Of a DNA stretch of 40,381 bases, positions 8,377-16,891 are shown piece by piece. Every line of letters begins with the position of its first letter. The first letter of the stretch is position 1. The DNA comes from Actinomycetes bacterium (GTDB taxonomy: Bacteria; Actinomycetota; Actinomycetes; Mycobacteriales; SCTD01). The stretch covers positions 1-40,381 of the forward strand of contig JBKHYE010000022.1 of the NCBI GenBank assembly GCA_046565705.1, read 5' to 3'. Position numbers and translations under genes: made by a program. Under the pieces are notes generated by a model that was given only the letters and a program-made list of their open reading frames with translations, made no database searches and had not been told where the DNA came from.

Positions 8377-9374
8377 GCAGCCAGGACGGTCCGCCGCCCG
8401 CGCCCGGCGGCGGCCCGCAGTGGACGGTGCTCGCGCTGCCGCCGCTGCCGCACGAGGTCCTGGCAGGCCTGTTCACCGATCCGCGCCTGCGCCTGGTGAC
8501 GCCGGCCGAGCGCACCCAGGCCGCGGTCGAGGCGCTGCTGCCCGAGGCCGACCTCGTCATCGGCGACTGGTCGCCGTCGCTGCGGCTCGACGACCCCGGC
8601 CCGCGGGTGTGCTTCGTCCAGCAGCCGAGCGTCGGGGTCGACGGCATCGACGTCGACGCCTGCGCCGCCGCCGGTGTGCCGGTGAGCAACTGCGCCGGCT
8701 CGAACACCGTCAGCGTCGCGGAGTGGTGCCTGTCGGCGACGCTCGCCCTGATGCGCAAGACGCTCGAGGCCGACGCCGCCGTCCGGCGCGGCGAGTGGCC
8801 GCAGACCAGCCTCGGCGGCCGCGAGCTGGCGGGCTCGGCGGTCGGCGTCATCGGCATGGGGCCGATCGGGCGGCTGGTAGCCGGCATGTTCGCCGGGCTG
8901 TCGTGCGACGTCGTCTACTGGTCGCGGCGTCGGCACGACGACGCGCCGGTGCCCTACGCCGAGCTCGACGACCTGCTCGCCCGGTCCGACGTCGTCGTCC
9001 TCGTCATCGCGCTGGGCGACCAGAGCCGGGGGCTGCTGTCGGCCGAGCGCATCGCGCGGATGAAGCCCGGCGCGCTGCTCGTCAACGGCGCCCGCGGGTC
9101 GATCGTCGACGAGGACGCCCTCGCCGCCGCGCTCGCCGAGGGCCGGCTGGGCGGCGCGGCGGTCGACGCGTTCGCCGTCGAGCCGCTGCCGTCCGACGGC
9201 GTGCTGCGGACCGCGCCGAACGTGCTGCTGAGCCCGCACATGGCCGGGTCGACCGGGCAGGCCGCGATGCGGATCATCGGGCAGACGACGGCGAACCTGC
9301 AGCGCGTGCTCGACGGCGAGCCGGTCGTCGACGTCGTCAACGGCGTCGACCCGCACGTGCGCCGCCGGAGCTGA
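8373..9374 (+). CDS. D-isomer specific 2-hydroxyacid dehydrogenase
   Basis: GVIGMGPIG, MKPGALLVNGARGSIVDE, DAFAVEP and LSPHMAG; GTGA-coupled to the upstream oxidase. Confidence 0.92.
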   Translation: MSSQDGPPPAPGGGPQWTVLALPPLPHEVLAGLFTDPRLRLVTPAERTQAAVEALLPEADLVIGDWSPSLRLDDPGPRVCFVQQPSVGVDGIDVDACAAAGVPVSNCAGSNTVSVAEWCLSATLALMRKTLEADAAVRRGEWPQTSLGGRELAGSAVGVIGMGPIGRLVAGMFAGLSCDVVYWSRRRHDDAPVPYAELDDLLARSDVVVLVIALGDQSRGLLSAERIARMKPGALLVNGARGSIVDEDALAAALAEGRLGGAAVDAFAVEPLPSDGVLRTAPNVLLSPHMAGSTGQAAMRIIGQTTANLQRVLDGEPVVDVVNGVDPHVRRRS

Positions 9375-9382
9375 CGAGCCGC

Positions 9383-10213
9383 GTGCCCTCGACCGGGACG
9401 GCCATGGTGGTGGCCCACCGCGGGTCCTCGGGCGTGCGCGCTGAGCACACGCTCGCCGCCTACGAGCAGGCGCTGACCGACGGTGCCGACGCCGTCGAGT
9501 GCGACGTGCGCCTGACCCGCGACGGCGTGCAGGTCTGCGTGCACGACCGCCGGGTCGACCGCACCTCCGACGGTCGCGGCGTCGTCTCGAGCCTCGAGCT
9601 GTCCGAGCTGGCCGAGCTCGACTTCGCCAGCTGGAAGGCCCGCCAGTCCGACCCGCTGCTCGAGGCCGCGTGGGAGGAGGCCGACACCGACCCCGAGCGC
9701 GGCCGGGTGCTCACCTTCGAGCGGCTGCTCGAGCTCGTCCTCGACTTCCGCGCGCCGGACGGCCGGCCCGTGCAGCTGCAGGTGGAGACCAAGCACCCGA
9801 CGCGCTACGGCGGCCTGGTCGAGCGCCGGCTCATCGAGGTGCTCGAGGAGCACGGCTGCGCCCGGCCGTTGTCGCGGTCGACGTCGCGGGTGGCGGTGCT
9901 GTCGTACGCGCCGACGTCGCTGCGCCGGGTGCACGCGCTCGCGCCGAGCCTGCCGACGGTGCTCAACATGGATCGCGTGCCGGTCTGGTACCGCGACGGC
10001 ACGCTGCCGTTGCAGGTCCAGGCGGCGGGCATCGCGCTGCCGTACGTGCGCCGGTTCCCCGACGTCGTCGACCGCTTCCACGCCCGCGGCCACCGCGTGC
10101 ACGTGTTCACCGCCGACGACCCCGCGGACATCGACCTGCTGCTCGAGCTCGGCGTCGACGCGATCATCTCCAACCACCCGCGCCGGGTGCTGAGGCGGCT
10201 CGGACGGCTGTGA
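9383..10213 (+). CDS. glycerophosphodiester phosphodiesterase
   Basis: VAHRGSS..EHTLAAY, VECDVRLTRDG..VCVHD..VDRT, VETKHP and GVDAIISNHP. Start is GTG 9383 or ATG 9404. Confidence 0.92.
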   Translation: MPSTGTAMVVAHRGSSGVRAEHTLAAYEQALTDGADAVECDVRLTRDGVQVCVHDRRVDRTSDGRGVVSSLELSELAELDFASWKARQSDPLLEAAWEEADTDPERGRVLTFERLLELVLDFRAPDGRPVQLQVETKHPTRYGGLVERRLIEVLEEHGCARPLSRSTSRVAVLSYAPTSLRRVHALAPSLPTVLNMDRVPVWYRDGTLPLQVQAAGIALPYVRRFPDVVDRFHARGHRVHVFTADDPADIDLLLELGVDAIISNHPRRVLRRLGRL

Positions 10214-10228
10214 CGCCCGTCGTGTCCG

Positions 10229-10253
10229 GTTAGTCCGTCTCGTTCCGGGGCAG
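10229..10253 (+). promoter_or_regulatory. putative SigB/SigF-type promoter (GTTA-N15-GGGCAG)
   Basis: Resembles the GTTT-N14/15-GGGTA stress-sigma consensus; upstream of an anti-sigma-like gene with an AGGAGG RBS. Confidence 0.45.
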
Positions 10254-10290
10254 ACCCGCGCGGTCGTGTCGGGCGCGGACAGGAGGACCG

Positions 10291-10803
10291 GTGCCGAGCA
10301 TCCTCGTGCCGCACGCCGCGGGCAGCGCGCCCGACGTCCGTCATGAGCTCGAGCGCGACCTGGCCGCCGTCGGGGTCGCGGCGGGGGTCGTCGACGACGC
10401 GCTGCTCGTCGTCTCGGAGCTGGTGAGCAACGCCGTCCTGCACGGGGCGCCGCTGCGGGACGGCCGGCTGCGGGTGAGCTGGTGGGTCGCCGCGGGCGCG
10501 GTGCACCTCGAGGTGTGCGACGGCGGCACCGGTCCGGGACCGGCCGGTGAGCACCTCGGCGGCCGCGAGCGCCACCCCGACGGCCCGCCTGCGCTGCCGC
10601 CGCGCGCCGCCGAGCGCGGCCGCGGGCTGGCGATCGTCGACCTGCTGACCACGCGGTGGGGCACCACCGCGCCGAGCCCCACCGGTGCGGTCGGCGTCTT
10701 CGCCGAGATCCCGCTGCCCGGCGCCGCGCGGCAGGCGCTCTCGCGCGGCGGCTCCGGCTCGCGCCGGACGCGGTGGAGCACCCGCGCGTCGCTGCTCGCC
10801 TGA
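10291..10803 (+). CDS. anti-sigma-factor-type ATP-binding protein (HATPase_c_2, RsbW-like)
   Basis: LVVSELVSNAVLHG, LEVCDGG and ERGRGLAIVDLLTTRWG. Confidence 0.88.
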   Translation: MPSILVPHAAGSAPDVRHELERDLAAVGVAAGVVDDALLVVSELVSNAVLHGAPLRDGRLRVSWWVAAGAVHLEVCDGGTGPGPAGEHLGGRERHPDGPPALPPRAAERGRGLAIVDLLTTRWGTTAPSPTGAVGVFAEIPLPGAARQALSRGGSGSRRTRWSTRASLLA

Positions 10804-10911
10804 CGGCGCTCGGTCGCGGCCGCCGCCGGTACTGGGCGCCGCTACTGTCGGTCGACCCAGCCGCCGCGCTCCGGCCGACCGGCCGCAGCCACCTCGCCCG
10901 GGAGTCGACCC

Positions 10912-11892
10912 ATCTCTCGTCGCAGCCGCACCGCGCCGTCCGCCCCGCCCGGACAGGGAGCCGCCACCGGCGCCGTCGGTCCCGGCGGGGCCGCCAGTGC
11001 CGTCGGTGCCGTCAGCTCCAAGGCTCCGTGCCCGTGCGGCTCCGGCAAGAAGTACAAGGCGTGCCACGGCCGGGTCGCCCGCGTGGAGCCGGTCGCCCGG
11101 CCGTTCGAGGGGCTGCCCGGCGAGGTCGAGTGGGTCGCGCTGCGCGAGGTGGTGCCCGCAGCGACGGCACCCCTGACGGTCCGCGAGGCGCCCGACCGCA
11201 CCGTGACGCTGTCGACCGTCCTGCCGATGGCGTGGCCGGCGCTGGTCCGCCAGGACGGCCGCGTGATGCTCGGCCTGCAGGTCCCCGGCCGCACCGGCGA
11301 CGTCAGCCGCGATCTCGCCTGGGCCCTCGAGACGGCGCTCGCCGCCGAGCCCGGCACGCCGGTCAGCTCGCCGACGCCGCCCGGGCCCGGCCCACGCCTG
11401 CAGGACCTTCTCGACCTCGACCAGCCCCTCGACGTCACCGTCCACGAGGGCTTCGACTACTGGGTCGAGGGCGCGGCCGACCCCACCGGCGAGGTCGCCG
11501 CGTCGATGGAGCGCGCCAACGCGAGCGTCGTCCCGACCGAGCGCCTGCAGTCCGTGCCCGGCGCCTACTGGTGCCGGATGCGCGAGCGCAGCCACCTGCG
11601 CTGGGTGCTGCCCGAGGCGGAGGAGCCGGCCCTCGACGCCCTCGCCCGCCTGGCCGCCGGACCCGGCCTGGCCGTCGGCGACGACACTCGCTACGTCGGC
11701 TCGTTCCGCGCCCACGGCCTGCTCTGCCCGGTGTGGGACCTGCCGCTCGACATGGCGGCCGCCGCGCTCGAGGAGCCCGTGACGGCGCTGCGGTCAGCCC
11801 TCGACGAGGTGCTCGCCGACCCGCGGCCGCTCACCCAGGAGGAGCGCCGCGTGAGGGCCGGCCTCGTGAACCGCCAGGTCACCCTGCGGTAG
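10912..11892 (+). CDS. SEC-C motif protein (DUF5926-like)
   Basis: The open frame upstream of the track's GTG 11083 contains PCPCGSGKKYKACHG, followed by RPFEGLPGE.EWVALREVVPAATA and FRAHGLLCPVWDL. The only plausible start is ATC 10912, 7 nt after a GGAG RBS. Confidence 0.8.
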   Translation: MSRRSRTAPSAPPGQGAATGAVGPGGAASAVGAVSSKAPCPCGSGKKYKACHGRVARVEPVARPFEGLPGEVEWVALREVVPAATAPLTVREAPDRTVTLSTVLPMAWPALVRQDGRVMLGLQVPGRTGDVSRDLAWALETALAAEPGTPVSSPTPPGPGPRLQDLLDLDQPLDVTVHEGFDYWVEGAADPTGEVAASMERANASVVPTERLQSVPGAYWCRMRERSHLRWVLPEAEEPALDALARLAAGPGLAVGDDTRYVGSFRAHGLLCPVWDLPLDMAAAALEEPVTALRSALDEVLADPRPLTQEERRVRAGLVNRQVTLR

Positions 11893-12069
11893 CGCACCGG
11901 ACCGCAGGACGAAGCCGAGCGGCGCAGGTGCCGCGGACCCGACCGCCGCGGCGGCACTCGAGGCGTCCACCTCACAACGGCCGCGACTGCCGGGGCCGCT
12001 GGTGTCTCGCCCGTCCCGCTGGTGCTCGGGTGGACGGGTCCGGTGCCGCGCGAAGACGGTAGGCAGGCG

Positions 12070-13317
12070 CTACGGCAGTGGGTCGCGCAGGACCGGGCAG
12101 CTCATGCACCGCGGGCCGCCGCGGCCGCTGCCGAGCTCCGACCCGGCGATCCGCACGACCTCGACGCCGGCGTCCTCGAGCCGCGCGTTGGTCTCGGTGT
12201 TCCGCTCGTAGGCGACGACCAGACCCGGCGCGATCGCGAGGGTGTTGTTGCCGTCGTCCCACTGCTCGCGCTCGGCGGTGACCGGGTCGAGCCCGGTGTC
12301 CACGACGCGCAGCCGGTCGATCTGCATGGCGTCCGCGGCCGCCTCGAGGAAGGGGCGGGCCTCGGTCGCGACGACGTCGCCGTCGCCGGCGTCCGTGACC
12401 GTGTACGCCACGAGGGTGTCGGCGACCGCCGGGAACATCACCACGAGGTCGCGGTCGACCATGGTGCAGACCGTGTCGAGGTGCATCGTCGCCCGTTCCT
12501 GCGCGATCGGCACCGCCAGCACCGTGTGCGCGACGCCCGCGGAGAACGCCCGCGCCGCGAACGCCTCGACGCCGGCCGGCGTCGTCCGCTGCCCGACCCC
12601 GACCGCGACGACGCCGGGCGCCATGACGAGCACGTCGCCGCCCTCGAACCAGGCCTCGTCGCGGCTGCCGCCGTAGAGCAGCGGCGTGCCGGCGAAGCGC
12701 GGGTGGTGCCGGTAGATGACGCCGGTGAGGGTCGCCTCCCGCTGGCGCGCCTCCATGGACGGGCGCGTGACGGCCACGTGGTCCTGCACCCACACCGACG
12801 AGTCGCGCGTGAACAGCAGGTTCGGCAGCGGTCGCACGACGAACTCGCCCGGACCGGCCATCCGCCCGACGACGCCCTCGGGGCCGGTCCGCGGCAGCTC
12901 CTCGTGGGTGAGCCCGGCCGCGAGGTGGAGCGCAAGCTCGTCACTGGGCAGGTCGAGCAGCCACGCCCGTAGTGTGTGGGCCAGCGTCGGCCCCATGACC
13001 GGCGGAGCGACCGCCGCCCCGACCGCCTCGGCCCGCGCCGCCTCGTCCTCCAGCGACTGCTCGAGCAGCTCGGCCAGGTACAGCACCTCGACGCCGTGCT
13101 CGCGCAGCGCCGCCGCGAAGCGGTCGTGCTCCTCCTGCGCCCGCGCGACCCACGGCAGGCCGTCGAAGAGCAGGTCGGCGCTGTTGCGCGGCGTCAGCCG
13201 CTTGAGCTCCGGCCCCGGCCGGTGCAGCAGCACCGTGCGCAGCCGCCCGACCTCGCTGCTGACGCCGACGGCCGGCGCGGCCGACTCCGACAGGTCCACC
13301 GACAAGGCCTCCGCCAT
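12070..13317 (-). CDS. arcA: arginine deiminase
   Basis: [49 protein letters not shown] and [11 protein letters not shown]. Confidence 0.95.
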   Translation of the reverse strand: MAEALSVDLSESAAPAVGVSSEVGRLRTVLLHRPGPELKRLTPRNSADLLFDGLPWVARAQEEHDRFAAALREHGVEVLYLAELLEQSLEDEAARAEAVGAAVAPPVMGPTLAHTLRAWLLDLPSDELALHLAAGLTHEELPRTGPEGVVGRMAGPGEFVVRPLPNLLFTRDSSVWVQDHVAVTRPSMEARQREATLTGVIYRHHPRFAGTPLLYGGSRDEAWFEGGDVLVMAPGVVAVGVGQRTTPAGVEAFAARAFSAGVAHTVLAVPIAQERATMHLDTVCTMVDRDLVVMFPAVADTLVAYTVTDAGDGDVVATEARPFLEAAADAMQIDRLRVVDTGLDPVTAEREQWDDGNNTLAIAPGLVVAYERNTETNARLEDAGVEVVRIAGSELGSGRGGPRCMSCPVLRDPLP

Positions 13318-13343
13318 GTCGCCGGACCCTAGTCCCGGCCGGC

Positions 13344-14393
13344 TCAGGCGGCGCTGGCCTCGCCGACGAGCTCGCGGCGCGCGGCCTCGAAGAACGCGAG
13401 GTTCAGCTGCGACCGGATCCACGCGCCCTTGACGATGCGCGGCCCCCAGTGCGGCTGCTCCTCGACGATCGGCACGACCGCCTTGTCCATCCAGTCCTTG
13501 CCGTGCACCGGGTCGAGGTCGGCGTGCTCGACGTAGAACGGGTACGCCGCCTCGGGCGCGCCGAGCCGGTCGAACGCCTGCACCACGAGCCGGCAGCGCG
13601 GCCCGGCCTGCAGCTCGAGCAACCCGAGCGCGCCGACCATCTCCGGCTGCAGCCAGCGGTTGGTCGCCAGCAGCCCGCCGACGGCGATCCGCTCCAGCGC
13701 CTCGACCGGCTGGTCCTCGCGGCGGACGTCGGGCATGCTGATCGCCGCAGCCATCCGCTGGTGCAGCGTGGTGTGGACGGCGTCGAGGTCGCCGCAGCCC
13801 ATCTCGTCCCAGTAGTTCTTGCCGAGCTCCATCTTCGCGCTGCCGGCCAGGCCGACCTGGCACACGGCGACGAGGTCGTCGAAGCCGCCGTCGGGCCCGC
13901 CCTCGAGCGCGAGGAAGGAGACGAGCTCGTCCCAGCTCGCCGTCTTCGCCAGCCACCGGTAGGCCTCCGGCAGCCGGTCCTTCGCGGCGAGCGACCGCAT
14001 GTCGCGGACGACGCGCGCTCCCGGGTCGCTCTCGTCCGACCAGTCGTCGGCGTACCGGTCCTGCGCGGCCCAGGCCTGGTCGAGCTGGGCGAGCCACGAC
14101 GCCTCGAGCCGGCGCTTGAGGTCGGCGACGACGGGGTGGTGCTGGTGCCGCGCGGCAGCGCCGACGACGTCGAGCGGTGCGGTGTGCAGGTCGTAGACCG
14201 TCATGAGCGCGAGCACGCGGTCGCGGCGGTCGACCGGCACGGCTCCGGCCAGCGCGTCGAGCGCGGCGCCGGTGCGGTCGGCCAGGGCGTCGACGAGCCG
14301 GTCGGCGAGCGGGGAGTCGACCGCGGCGGCGTCCGGGGCGTCGGGCATCGCGGCCAGCGCGGCGCCCGGGGCAGTGGCGACGGGCGGGGTCAT
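13344..14393 (-). CDS. heme-oxygenase-like diiron (iron-containing redox) enzyme
   Basis: [15 protein letters not shown]...H, GALGLLE and [12 protein letters not shown] metal-ligand pattern; GAGGAGG RBS before ATG 14393. Confidence 0.85.
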   Translation of the reverse strand: MTPPVATAPGAALAAMPDAPDAAAVDSPLADRLVDALADRTGAALDALAGAVPVDRRDRVLALMTVYDLHTAPLDVVGAAARHQHHPVVADLKRRLEASWLAQLDQAWAAQDRYADDWSDESDPGARVVRDMRSLAAKDRLPEAYRWLAKTASWDELVSFLALEGGPDGGFDDLVAVCQVGLAGSAKMELGKNYWDEMGCGDLDAVHTTLHQRMAAAISMPDVRREDQPVEALERIAVGGLLATNRWLQPEMVGALGLLELQAGPRCRLVVQAFDRLGAPEAAYPFYVEHADLDPVHGKDWMDKAVVPIVEEQPHWGPRIVKGAWIRSQLNLAFFEAARRELVGEASAA

Positions 14394-14492
14394 CGGTCCT
14401 CCTCGGCACCGCGTCCGGCGCTCGGGCGTGCCTCGCGGCCCGGTCGAGCGTCGCAGCCGGGACCGAGGCCCCGTCGGACCTCGGGATCCGCT

Positions 14493-14517
14493 GTGCCCCC
14501 TGGGAACCGCCCGTAAC
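14493..14517 (-). promoter_or_regulatory. putative SigB/SigF-type promoter (GTTA-N15-GGGCAC)
   Basis: Same spacing and half-sites as 10229-10253; about 100 bp upstream of the diiron enzyme. Confidence 0.4.
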
Positions 14518-14526
14518 ACCTGAAGG

Positions 14527-14620
14527 CCCCGCCCCGCCCCGGGCCGCCCCCACCACGCCCCGGGCCGCCCCCGCCGCGCACCGGGCCGCCCCCGCCGCGC
14601 ACCGGGCCGCCCGGGCCGCC
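14527..14620. repeat. 21-bp degenerate tandem repeat (CCGGGCCGCCCCCGCCGCGCA-like, ~4 copies)
   Basis: Read directly from the sequence. Confidence 0.75.
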
Positions 14621-14671
14621 ACGCTCCCGCTTGGTTTCGCCGACCCTCCGGGCGGCCGAAGTCTCGCGAGG

Positions 14672-14725
14672 GGTGTTGCGCTCAGGCGCAAGAACGGCCG
14701 GGACATGCGCCTGTCCGCAACACCT
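14672..14725 (-). repeat. palindromic REP-like element, copy 3
   Basis: Reverse complement AGGTGTTGCGGACAGGCGCATGTCCCGGCCGTTCTTGCGCCTGAGCGCAACACC closely matches copies 1 and 2. Confidence 0.85.
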
Positions 14726-14737
14726 GCGGGGAGCACA

Positions 14738-14812
14738 GGGTCGCGCCGGGTCGCCGGGTCGCCGGGCCGCACCGGGTCGCTGGGCCGCACCGGGTCGCTG
14801 GGCCGCACCGGA
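14738..14812. repeat. 9/18-bp tandem repeat (CGGGTCGCTGGGCCGCAC-like)
   Basis: Read directly from the sequence; lies just beside REP-like copy 3. Confidence 0.75.
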
Positions 14813-14889
14813 GCCGCCGCGCGATGGCAGCGCGGCGCAGGCAGCCCGGGCGCGGGCGGCCGAGGGCCCGGGTACTACGGTCCCGGCCC

Positions 14890-15792
14890 ATGGGGCTGCT
14901 CGACGGCAAGGTCGCGATCGTCACCGGTGCAGGGCGCGGGCTGGGCCGCGGTGAGGCGCTCGAGCTGGCGCGCGAGGGGGCCGGCGTCGTCGTCGGCGAG
15001 GTCGACGAGCAGGCGGGGCAGGCCGTCGTCGACGAGATCACCGGCGCCGGCGGATCGGCGGTGCTGTACCTCGGCGACTGCAGCGAGGTCGAGCACGCAC
15101 AGGGCATCGTGTGCGCGGCGGTCGAGCAGCTGGGCCGGCTGGACGCGCTCGTCAACAACGCCGGCATCCTGCGCGACCGCACGCTGGCCAAGATGACGCC
15201 GGAGGAGTGGGACGCCGTCATCAAGGTGCACCTGCGCGGGCACTACGCGCCGACGCACGCGGCGGTCAACCACTGGCGCGAGGAGGGCAAGCCGGGCCGG
15301 GTCGTCTGCACCTCGAGCACCAGCGGCATCCTCGGCAACTTCGGCCAGAGCAACTACGGCGCCGCCAAGGCCGGGATCGCCGCGTTCGCGCAGATCGTCG
15401 CGACCGAGAACTGGAAGCACGGCATCACCGTCAACGCGATCTGCCCTGCGGCCCGGACGCGGATGACCGAGGGCGCGTACGGCGAGAAGCTCGCCGGCGC
15501 CGGCGAGGACGGCTTCGACTTCTGGCACCCGGACAACGTCGCGCCGTTCGTCGCCTACCTCTGCAGCGACGCCTCGGCGCACATCAGCGGCAAGGTGTTC
15601 GGCGTGCAGGGCGACGCCGTCGAGCTGTACCGGCCGTGGACCAGCGAGGCGTTCATCCAGAAGGGCGGCAGCCGCTGGACCGCGGCAGAGCTCGCCGAGC
15701 GGGTGCAGGAGCTGTTCGACCAGACCGGCATGGAGACCGAGCCGATGAACGGCATGACGCGGCTGCGCTTCTCGATGACGCAGCGGGGCTGA
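14890..15792 (+). CDS. short-chain dehydrogenase/reductase (3-oxoacyl reductase-like)
   Basis: TGAGRGLG, LVNNAGILRD, catalytic YGAAK and NAICP. Confidence 0.92.
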   Translation: MGLLDGKVAIVTGAGRGLGRGEALELAREGAGVVVGEVDEQAGQAVVDEITGAGGSAVLYLGDCSEVEHAQGIVCAAVEQLGRLDALVNNAGILRDRTLAKMTPEEWDAVIKVHLRGHYAPTHAAVNHWREEGKPGRVVCTSSTSGILGNFGQSNYGAAKAGIAAFAQIVATENWKHGITVNAICPAARTRMTEGAYGEKLAGAGEDGFDFWHPDNVAPFVAYLCSDASAHISGKVFGVQGDAVELYRPWTSEAFIQKGGSRWTAAELAERVQELFDQTGMETEPMNGMTRLRFSMTQRG

Positions 15793-15837
15793 CTCCCGCG
15801 CTCTCCGGGATCCCCGCTCCCGATCGCCCGGGTACAG

Positions 15838-15864
15838 GTCACGCGCGCGTCACGGCGCTATCAC
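15838..15864 (+). promoter_or_regulatory. 11-bp-period direct repeat (GTCAC-N6-GTCAC-N6-ATCAC), OmpR/PhoB-family-like box
   Basis: Upstream of a TACTGT -10 (15887-15892) and a leaderless ATG at 15899. Confidence 0.45.
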
Positions 15865-15898
15865 GGCGCGGCGGCGGTCTAGCGTCTACTGTCCGCGC

Positions 15899-16891
15899 AT
15901 GGACGTGTTCCTGACCGGCGGCACGGGGTTCATCGGCGGCGAGGTGGCCCGCCAGCTCCGTGCGCGCGGCGACCGCGTCCGCGCGCTCGTCCGCGACGAG
16001 GGCCGCGCCGCGGCGCTGGCCGAGCTCGGCTGCGAGCTCGTCGTCGGCGACCTGTCCGACGAGCGCGCGCTGACCGCCGCCTGCTCGGGATCCGACGCCG
16101 TCATCCACTGCGCCGCGCTGTACGAGGTCGGCGTGCCGGCCGACCGCCGTTCCGCGCTGGTCGACACCAACGTCGCCGGCACCGAGCGGGTGCTGGGCGC
16201 GGCGCTGTCCGCCGGCGTCCGCAAGGCGGTGTACGTCTCGACGGTCGCGGTGTTCGGCAACACCCGCGGCGAGGTCGCGACCAAGGGTCACACCAAGCCC
16301 GACGACGTGCCGCACACCTCCGTGTACGAGCAGACCAAGGCGCAGGCGCACGCCCGCGCGCACGAGATCGCCGAGCGCGGCCTCCCGCTGGTGATCGTGC
16401 AGCCGGGCCTGGTCTACGGACCCGGTGACCCGAGCACGTTCGGCGAGCTGACCCGCCAGTTCCTCACCGGCAGGCTCCCGGCGCTGCCGTTCCCCGACCT
16501 CGGCATCACGCCGGTGCACCGCGACGACGTCGCCGCCGGCATCCTGCTCGCCCTCGACAAGGGCGTGCCCGGCGAGTCCTACGTGCTCGCCGGCGAGCCG
16601 ACCACCAACCGCGAGCTGCTCACCGTGCTGGCCGAGCAGGCCGGCCGCAGGCCGCCGTCGCGCACCGTCCCGACCGCGCTGCTCAAGGCGATCTCGCCGT
16701 TCGGGCGGGTGGTCGGGCCGCTGATGGGCTTCCCGCCGAACTTCAAGGAGCTCATCAGCTCCTCCGACGGCGTGACGTTCTGGGCCAGCAGCGAGAAGGC
16801 GCAGCGCGAGCTCGGCTGGACCTACCGGCCGCTCTCCGAGGGGCTGCGCGAGCTCGCGGAGTCCGAGGGGCGTGCGGCCGCCCGCACCTGA
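15899..16891 (+). CDS. NAD-dependent epimerase/dehydratase (dihydroflavonol-reductase-like)
   Basis: TGGTGFIG, VIHCAA, VYVST, YEQTK and VYGPGD. Confidence 0.9.
   Translation: MDVFLTGGTGFIGGEVARQLRARGDRVRALVRDEGRAAALAELGCELVVGDLSDERALTAACSGSDAVIHCAALYEVGVPADRRSALVDTNVAGTERVLGAALSAGVRKAVYVSTVAVFGNTRGEVATKGHTKPDDVPHTSVYEQTKAQAHARAHEIAERGLPLVIVQPGLVYGPGDPSTFGELTRQFLTGRLPALPFPDLGITPVHRDDVAAGILLALDKGVPGESYVLAGEPTTNRELLTVLAEQAGRRPPSRTVPTALLKAISPFGRVVGPLMGFPPNFKELISSSDGVTFWASSEKAQRELGWTYRPLSEGLRELAESEGRAAART

Noticed and set aside
12070-14808. Apparent 912 aa ArcA fusion (likewise 672 aa LarC, 904 aa protease and 643 aa GDPD extensions)
   Set aside because: The extensions overlap other genuine genes in a different frame; better internal starts exist.
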